The translations under genes were made by a program, and so were the position numbers. Under the pieces are notes generated by a model. It did not search any database, was not told where the DNA came from, and saw only the letters and a list, made by a program, of their open reading frames with translations. Shown here in pieces: positions 26,218-31,809 of a DNA stretch of 31,809 nt; the first letter of the stretch is position 1; every line of letters begins with the position of its first letter. The DNA comes from Spirochaetaceae bacterium (GTDB lineage Bacteria; Spirochaetota; Spirochaetia; Treponematales; Breznakiellaceae), in the NCBI GenBank assembly GCA_031256815.1, contig JAIRPU010000029.1:1-31809 (forward strand). The letters are read 5' to 3'.

Positions 26218-26869
26218 AGCAAACAACCTTGGATTTTTTTATACCAAAGACAGGTGGATTTTCCGCAGTGTAAGTTTGAGCTTTTCATCCGGCTGCCGCA
26301 CCGCGCTGCTTGGCGAAAGCGGCGCTGGAAAAACCACGCTGGCAAAAGTGCTTGCCGCTTATGAAAAACCATCCGAAGGCGCCGTGCAGATTGACGGGAC
26401 GCCTTTTACAGGCAAAAAGCGCGAATACCGGAGCGTTCAATTAATTTCGCAGCATCCGGAAAAGGCAATAAACCCGCGCTTCAGGATGAAGGATGTTCTT
26501 GCCGAATGTTACGGGAAGACCAATATAGACACGCTGCTGGAAAAACTCGGCATTGAGCGGGAGTGGCTTAACCGCTATCCCGGTGAACTTTCCGGCGGCG
26601 AACAACAGCGTTTTTGTATAGCCCGCGCTCTTTGCGAACAAACACGCTTTATCATTGCCGATGAGTTAAGCGCTATGCTCGACCCTGTAACGCAGGCGCA
26701 GTTATGGGCAGTCCTGCTTGATGAATGTAACAGGCACAATATCGGTCTTATCGCAATAACCCACGACGCCGCACTCGCGCAAAAGATATGTAACGACTTT
26801 ATCAATATTGAGTCCCTGTTTCTTTATAAATCGACAGCGGACTTGCCGCATTTTTTAACTGGAGAATAA
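26207..26869 (+). CDS. ABC transporter ATP-binding protein (short OppF/NikE-like)
   Basis: GESGAGKT, YPGELSGGEQQR, IADE and ITHD. Confidence 0.93.
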   Translation: MKLEANNLGFFYTKDRWIFRSVSLSFSSGCRTALLGESGAGKTTLAKVLAAYEKPSEGAVQIDGTPFTGKKREYRSVQLISQHPEKAINPRFRMKDVLAECYGKTNIDTLLEKLGIEREWLNRYPGELSGGEQQRFCIARALCEQTRFIIADELSAMLDPVTQAQLWAVLLDECNRHNIGLIAITHDAALAQKICNDFINIESLFLYKSTADLPHFLTGE

Positions 26870-26907
26870 AATAAATGGCCTTAATGAATATAAAAAGGAA
26901 CATAAAA

Positions 26908-28413
26908 ATGAAAATTATTAAACGATTTTTTTCAGCGTCCGCACTGGCTGCAGCGCTGCTTGCCGTGTTTTCGGTTTCCTGCGAAAAGCCTCAAAAGGCG
27001 GCGCAGGAGCTGGTAATTGGCGAACAGTTCGACCTGCAAAGCATCGACCCAAAAGAAGGTATGCTTGATGACACGCAGATTCTCATCTACAACGGACTTA
27101 TCGAAATCGACAGTAGCTTTCGCTTAACGCCGGCGCTTGCAGAATCGTGGACTATGAGCGATGACGGGCTTGTATGGACATTCAATCTCAGGCGCGGCGT
27201 AAAGTTCCACGATGGCGAAGCCTGGAACGCGGCGGCGGCGCTTGACAACTTTAAGCGGCTTGACGGTTACCCCGGTCTTGCCGATGCCGCCGACGTTGAC
27301 GCCCCCGATGATTACACGCTCGTCCTAAAAATGAAGCGTCCTGTTTACAATTTGGCGTCGAATCTTGCGCGGACTATGATGAGCATGGTAAGCCCAAAAG
27401 CGATAAACGCGGACGGCAGCCTTGAATATGAAGCGGGAAGCGGCCCCTACAAACTGACATCATGGGAGAAAAACGCCGAATATGTTTTTGAAGCCTTCGA
27501 TGAATTTTGGGGCGGCAAACCGGCGCTGCGAAAAATCACTTTCAAGGTTATACCAGACGCCGCTTCCCGCGCCCTCGCCCTTGAAACAGGCGATATCGAT
27601 ATGATGAGCGGCTACCAGTCGCTTGCCGCGGTAAAAAAATTACAGAACGACCCGCGTTTTCAGATTATCAAAAAGACGCAGAATACTTCCGAATTTTTGT
27701 TATTCAACATGAAGAAAAAACCGCTTGACGATTACAATGTCCGCGCAGCGATAGCCTGCGCGCTCGACTTTAACCTCATCGTAACACAACTGCTTCCAGG
27801 TCTTGCCTCGCCGCCTTCGGGGTTTTTCTCTCCAGCATACAGCGAACTTGTTAATCCAAATGTTAAAAATCCGCCTTACAACCTGGAAAGCGCGCGTGAG
27901 CTGCTTAAAGGAAAACAAATTGCTGTTTCGCTTACATACAACGCGGCAAACAGCGAAGACGCGCTGCTTGCGCCGGTCATTCAGGATATGCTTGCCAGAG
28001 CGGGCATTACCGTTACGCTCAACGCGGTAGACGGCGGCGCTCTTGATGACGCGCTGGAAAATAAAACATTCGATATGGCGCTGGCAGGGCAATCGTTTAT
28101 TCCAACTGATGACACACTGTTTCATTACCGGCAGGGATATTGGCATTCGCAAAGTTATTACAATATGTATTCAAGCGATAAACTTGACGCGCTGATAGAC
28201 GAACTTGCCGGAACAATGAACGCCGAAAAACGCAAAGAATTGAACTGGGAAATTCAGCGGGAAATTGCCGCGCAAATTCCATTCGTAATGGTCTTCCACC
28301 GGAACAGCGTCCGCATTGCGCAGGCCGGCATACATAACTTTGATATATCAGCCGGAGTGTGGCACATCAACAGAGCCTTAAAAGACGCGGTAATTGAGCG
28401 TGGTAAAAAATAA
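26908..28413 (+). CDS. second family-5 ABC substrate-binding lipoprotein (NikA-like)
   Basis: Lipobox SVSC; IYNGL, WTFNLRRGVKFHDG, GSGPYKL and VR.AIA.ALD. Start moved to ATG 26908 after AAAGGAA. Confidence 0.92.
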   Translation: MKIIKRFFSASALAAALLAVFSVSCEKPQKAAQELVIGEQFDLQSIDPKEGMLDDTQILIYNGLIEIDSSFRLTPALAESWTMSDDGLVWTFNLRRGVKFHDGEAWNAAAALDNFKRLDGYPGLADAADVDAPDDYTLVLKMKRPVYNLASNLARTMMSMVSPKAINADGSLEYEAGSGPYKLTSWEKNAEYVFEAFDEFWGGKPALRKITFKVIPDAASRALALETGDIDMMSGYQSLAAVKKLQNDPRFQIIKKTQNTSEFLLFNMKKKPLDDYNVRAAIACALDFNLIVTQLLPGLASPPSGFFSPAYSELVNPNVKNPPYNLESARELLKGKQIAVSLTYNAANSEDALLAPVIQDMLARAGITVTLNAVDGGALDDALENKTFDMALAGQSFIPTDDTLFHYRQGYWHSQSYYNMYSSDKLDALIDELAGTMNAEKRKELNWEIQREIAAQIPFVMVFHRNSVRIAQAGIHNFDISAGVWHINRALKDAVIERGKK

Positions 28414-29339
28414 TGCCGCTGCGTTTTATTGCGCAAAGATTACTGCAGTTTATACCGGTCTTTTTTGGGGTAACATTTCTTTCGTTTTTATTGATTCGCG
28501 CCGCGCCGGGAGACGCGGCACATTTTTATCTTGCCGAACGCGGCGCGGATTTGTCGCATGAGGCGCTTGCACAGGCGCGGCGGCAGCTCGGTCTTGATAA
28601 AACCATCGCAGGACAATACGCCGCGTATCTTCGCGCAATTCTCAAAGGGGATTTCGGCAATTCATACATAACAAAAGAACCTGTAAGCGCCGAACTTAAG
28701 CGCCGTTTTCGCGTAACGCTGCTATTGGCGCTGGCAACGCTTCCCGCAGTGCTGCTCATCGCGTTTCCGCTCGGCGCATTTTGCGCGCTAAAACACGGCA
28801 GCGCCTTTGACAAGGCGGCGCGGGCACTTTCTACAATTTTAACTTCATTGCCCTCGTTTTGTGTTGCGTTTTTATTCATATTGATATTCGGCGCAGGGCT
28901 GCGCCTGCTTCCTGTTTTTGGCGCGTCTACTCCGGCGCATTATATTCTGCCATGCTTAACACTGGTAATTTCGTCCTCGGCATATTACACGCGCTTTATC
29001 CGCGCCGCCTTTATTGAAGAATTTTCAAAAGAGTACATAAAAGCCGCAAAATCGCGGGGGCTTTCGCTTTTTGCCATTGTACGTTCTTCGCTTAAAAATG
29101 CGATGCTGCCTGTGTTTACTTCGCTCGGAATGAGTCTTGCTTCTCTTTTGGGCGGTCAGGCAATTATCGAAAAAATTTTTGCGCTGCCCGGCATGGGCAG
29201 TTTTTTGATTGACGCAGTAATAAAACGCGATTATGCCGTTGTAGACGGCTGTGTTCTCCTTTACGCCGCGCTCTTTGCGTGCATCAATCTTTGCGCCGAC
29301 ATTCTTTGCGCGTATCTAAATCCGTTATATGAAAAATAA
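28413..29339 (+). CDS. ABC transporter permease (NikB/OppB-like)
   Basis: APGDAA, GDFGNSY, KEYIKAAKSRG and IEKIFALPGMG. Confidence 0.92.
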   Translation: MPLRFIAQRLLQFIPVFFGVTFLSFLLIRAAPGDAAHFYLAERGADLSHEALAQARRQLGLDKTIAGQYAAYLRAILKGDFGNSYITKEPVSAELKRRFRVTLLLALATLPAVLLIAFPLGAFCALKHGSAFDKAARALSTILTSLPSFCVAFLFILIFGAGLRLLPVFGASTPAHYILPCLTLVISSSAYYTRFIRAAFIEEFSKEYIKAAKSRGLSLFAIVRSSLKNAMLPVFTSLGMSLASLLGGQAIIEKIFALPGMGSFLIDAVIKRDYAVVDGCVLLYAALFACINLCADILCAYLNPLYEK

Positions 29340-30177
29340 GTTTACAGGCAAAACCCCGCGTTTTGTTTACGCCTTATGTGCGGCGGCGCCTGTCATTCTT
29401 TTGAGCGCGGCATTTTTCGCGCCGTTCTTTGCGCCGCACAATCCGCTTGCCGTATCGCTTGAAAACACGCTCGCTCCGCCATGCGCGGAATATCCATTGG
29501 GAACAGACGAACTCGGACGCTGCATACTTTCGCGGCTTATGACGGGAAGCAGAACAACGCTTGGCGCGGCGTTTATCATCGAAATTATTATTCTTGTCTG
29601 CGGAATTTTTACCGGAATGTTTGCCGGATTTGCAGGCGGTATTTTTGACGCTGTTTTTATCAGCATAATTGATATATTACTTGCGTTTCCATCGGTAATT
29701 TTCGCGCTTGTACTTTCCGGCATTTTGGGCGCGGGGCTTCATAATGTTATGATCGCGATGATTTGTGTATACTGGGTTGAACACGCAAGAATTGCCCGCA
29801 GTGCCTGCCGCGCTCTGCGCGAAAAAGAATTCGTCCTTGCCGCGCGCGCAATTGGATGCTCAAATTCGCGTATCATTTTTAAACATATACTGCCGGAAAT
29901 AATTCCGGGTATGCTTGTTTTTTCAACGCTGCATATAACGCATATTATCATAGCGCTCTCGTCTCTTTCGTTTTTGGGTCTGGGCGTCCGTCCGCCCGCG
30001 CCGGAATGGGGTGCCATGCTTTCCGCACAGCGCAACTATCTGCGCGAAAATCCTGCCGCCGCGCTTGCCGTTCTTGCGTGCCTTGCCCTCTCCGCCGCCT
30101 GTTTCCAGTTTGCCGGCGAAAAACTCCGCGATGTACAAAACCCCCGCAATGACAGGCGGATTATCAGGATTAAATAA
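29329..30177 (+). CDS. ABC transporter permease (NikC/OppC-like)
   Basis: PLGTDELGRC, EKEFVLAARAIG and SLSFLGLGVRPPAPEWG; the last codons lie inside the 86-bp repeat. Confidence 0.92.
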   Translation: MKNKFTGKTPRFVYALCAAAPVILLSAAFFAPFFAPHNPLAVSLENTLAPPCAEYPLGTDELGRCILSRLMTGSRTTLGAAFIIEIIILVCGIFTGMFAGFAGGIFDAVFISIIDILLAFPSVIFALVLSGILGAGLHNVMIAMICVYWVEHARIARSACRALREKEFVLAARAIGCSNSRIIFKHILPEIIPGMLVFSTLHITHIIIALSSLSFLGLGVRPPAPEWGAMLSAQRNYLRENPAAALAVLACLALSAACFQFAGEKLRDVQNPRNDRRIIRIK

Positions 30178-30241
30178 TCAAAGGGGGGAAGTCTCCCCCA
30201 TCGCTTCCAAGCCTGCGCTCCGGTCGAAAAGGCCTGCGCTA
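30156..30241 (+). repeat. 86-bp direct repeat, copy 1
   Basis: 84/86 identical to 30789-30874 by manual alignment. Confidence 0.95.
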
Positions 30242-30258
30242 AGCGCTTTGCTTTGCTT

Positions 30259-30477
30259 TTACAACAGTTTTAAAAAATCATCTAACTCAATTCCGGCTTG
30301 TATTAATATGCTTTTTAAAGTTCCTCTGGCTACGGTATCATGCGCCGGAATGACCGTTATTCTGCGCCCGTTGGAATATTTCACGTGGCTTCCTTTTTGG
30401 CTTTTATAAACAAATCCTTTTTTAGATAAGGCCAAAATAATTTCATCCGGTCTTAATAACGGATATTTATGCCCCAT
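30259..30477 (-). CDS. hicA: type II toxin HicA family mRNA interferase
   Basis: GF...SQKGSHVKY....RITVIPAH....GTLKSILIQAGI, with the HicA GSH motif. Confidence 0.93.
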   Translation of the reverse strand: MGHKYPLLRPDEIILALSKKGFVYKSQKGSHVKYSNGRRITVIPAHDTVARGTLKSILIQAGIELDDFLKLL

Positions 30478-30478
30478 T

Positions 30479-30694
30479 TTATAAAGCCATTTCCAATGAC
30501 GTTATAAAAATCGGGTCGTTTTTAATAGCGTTTAATTCTTCTGTTTCATCTTCATAATACAATGTAATAGCCTCTTTTAAATTGAGGATAGATTCGTCAA
30601 TTGTTTTTCCTTGTGAAGCAATATTGTTTTCAAGGCAGGTTGCCACAAACAATCCATCTTCTTGTTTTATTATTATAGTTCCCCTAAAACTCAT
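30479..30694 (-). CDS. hicB: type II antitoxin HicB family (short, UPF0150-like)
   Basis: IIIKQEDGLFVATC.E.NIASQGKTIDES..NLKEAI.LY. Start moved to ATG 30694 after GGGGAGG; 1 bp from hicA. Confidence 0.9.
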   Translation of the reverse strand: MSFRGTIIIKQEDGLFVATCLENNIASQGKTIDESILNLKEAITLYYEDETEELNAIKNDPIFITSLEMAL

Positions 30695-30721
30695 CGTATC
30701 CTCCCCAAAATTTATACTTAA

Positions 30722-30750
30722 ACAATACTTTATAAAAAAAGGCTGGGCAA
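30722..30750 (-). promoter_or_regulatory. sigma70-type promoter of hicBA
   Basis: Minus strand TTGCCC, 17 bp, TATTGT. Confidence 0.55.
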
Positions 30751-30788
30751 GGCTCCATAATTTTAATTTCATCCGCCGTTAAACCGCA

Positions 30789-30874
30789 GCGGATTATCAG
30801 GATTAGATAATCAAAGGGGGGAAGTCTCCCCCCTCGCTTCCAAGCCTGCGCTCCGGTCGAAAAGGCCTGCGCTA
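30789..30874 (+). repeat. 86-bp direct repeat, copy 2
   Basis: Contains perfect GATTATC-N7-GATAATC (30792-812) and the GGGGGG-AAGTCT-CCCCCC hairpin. Confidence 0.95.
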
Positions 30875-30908
30875 GCGCGGCCATTCTCCCTCCGCTTGCT
30901 TGTCCGCT

Positions 30909-30953
30909 ACCCCCCTCAACGGGGGTGCTGCCCCCGTAACGCCCCCGCCGGGC
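30909..30953. repeat. C5/G5 hairpin element downstream of the LRR gene
   Basis: ACGGGGG-TGCTG-CCCCCGT (30919-37), with additional C-runs at 30910-15 and 30942-46. Confidence 0.55.
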
Positions 30954-31654
30954 TATCCGAAAATCGTCCGCGAACCGAAGCGCTGAGTAATGGCGTCCCG
31001 CGTGGCGGCGTCCAGCGAAACGCAGCCCATGAACGCCCCGCGCTCAACCTTTCGCAGCCCTGCCGGAAACGTTACCGTTGTGAGGGATATGCAGCCATAA
31101 AAAGCGTTGCGGTCTATATCCCGCAAACCGGCGGGCAGGGCGATGGTTTTAAGCGCGGCGCAGTCCGCAAACGCGCCTTCTTCAATCTTTTCCAGCCGCT
31201 GAGGCAGGGTAACGGCGGCAAGCGCCGTGCAGCCGCGGAAAGCGTCATCGCCGATTTTCCGCACCGAGTTGGGAATAGTAATTGACGCAAGGCTTGTGCA
31301 GCCCGCAAAGGCGCGGTCGTCAATATCGTCTATACCTTCAGGCAGGGTGATTGACCTAAGCCCCGTGCAGCCAGAAAAAGCGCCTTCGTCAATATCCCGC
31401 GCCGCCTTAACGGTAACAGAGCGGATAGCCGTCTTTCCCGCAAAAGCGCCCCGCCCGATTTTGTCAACCGGCACGCCGCCTATGGCCGCCGGAACAACCA
31501 CATCTACGGCGGTTCCCGTGTAGCCTGTGATGCTAATATAGCCATGCCGGTCTGTGTAGGTCGTAAAATCCGCCTCAGTCTGGGCAAAGGCCCCGCCCGT
31601 GCCGAGCGCCAGCAGCGCCGCAAACAGCCCCGCTTGTAATCCTGCGTTTTTCAT
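30953..31654 (-). CDS. BspA-like leucine-rich repeat (LRR_5) exported protein
   Basis: Signal peptide; ITGYTG...V.VP..I.G.PV..IG..AF N-cap; ~23-aa repeats L..ITLP.G+..I...AF.GC; AGGAGG RBS. Confidence 0.93.
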   Translation of the reverse strand: MKNAGLQAGLFAALLALGTGGAFAQTEADFTTYTDRHGYISITGYTGTAVDVVVPAAIGGVPVDKIGRGAFAGKTAIRSVTVKAARDIDEGAFSGCTGLRSITLPEGIDDIDDRAFAGCTSLASITIPNSVRKIGDDAFRGCTALAAVTLPQRLEKIEEGAFADCAALKTIALPAGLRDIDRNAFYGCISLTTVTFPAGLRKVERGAFMGCVSLDAATRDAITQRFGSRTIFG

Positions 31655-31662
31655 AAAGCCTC

Positions 31663-31809
31663 CTATTTTTTCACCACATAGTGCGCTTCAATTATATACC
31701 GAAACCCGTGCCTGTCCACCTCGCCGTAGATGATAATGGTATCTTCCGGGCGGAAGGCATACCAATGATGGTCGTCAATCTCCACGGTAACGGTATTCTT
31801 GCCGTCACT
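31663..31809 (-). CDS. 5'-truncated YgiW/YdeI-type bacterial OB-fold (BOF) protein
   Basis: Translated by hand: SDGKNTVTVEIDDHHWYAFRPEDTIIIYGEVDRHGFRYIIEAHYVVKK*. V.VEID...W and I.I.GEVD are BOF motifs; absent from the ORF track. Confidence 0.75.
   Translation of the reverse strand, partial: SDGKNTVTVEIDDHHWYAFRPEDTIIIYGEVDRHGFRYIIEAHYVVKK

Noticed and set aside
30156-30874. Integron attC sites flanking a TA gene cassette
   Set aside because: No RYYYAAC...GTTRRRY pair bounds the repeat on either strand, and no integron integrase is in the window.
1-31809. Insertion sequence, integrase or prophage genes explaining the repeat-bounded units
   Set aside because: No transposase, recombinase or phage ORF was recognised; any such enzyme would have to be encoded elsewhere.

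Overview
Chromosomal segment of a spirochaete, probably a Treponema-like organism. The evidence is two FlaA flagellar sheath genes, a spirochaete-type CheY with an N-terminal extension, and a BspA-like LRR protein. The backbone is housekeeping: cdsA, uppS, cheY, a DegT-like gene, mnmE, alr, rsmD, prmC, acyP, flaA x2, TPP riboswitch-thiB, a RidA gene, a URO-D family gene, a pepF/TetR/aminopeptidase operon and two tandem Nik/Opp-type ABC systems. Three AT-rich accessory patches interrupt it: a methylase C-terminus plus NYN gene at the left edge, a GT2 glycosyltransferase, and a hicB-hicA toxin-antitoxin pair. No rRNA, tRNA, CRISPR array, transposase or integrase was recognised. The most notable signals are non-coding. 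(1) The hicBA module lies between two 86-bp direct repeats (84/86 identical) carrying a 7-7-7 inverted-repeat core. (2) The GT2 gene has a G13 tract inside its sigma70 promoter spacer, a candidate for phase variation, and is bracketed by direct repeats. (3) A ~250-nt element of five different GC-rich hairpins closed by a long stem follows the GT2 gene. (4) A family of short GC-rich modules recurs in several intergenic spacers. All functional interpretations of these elements are inference and need genome-wide checks.
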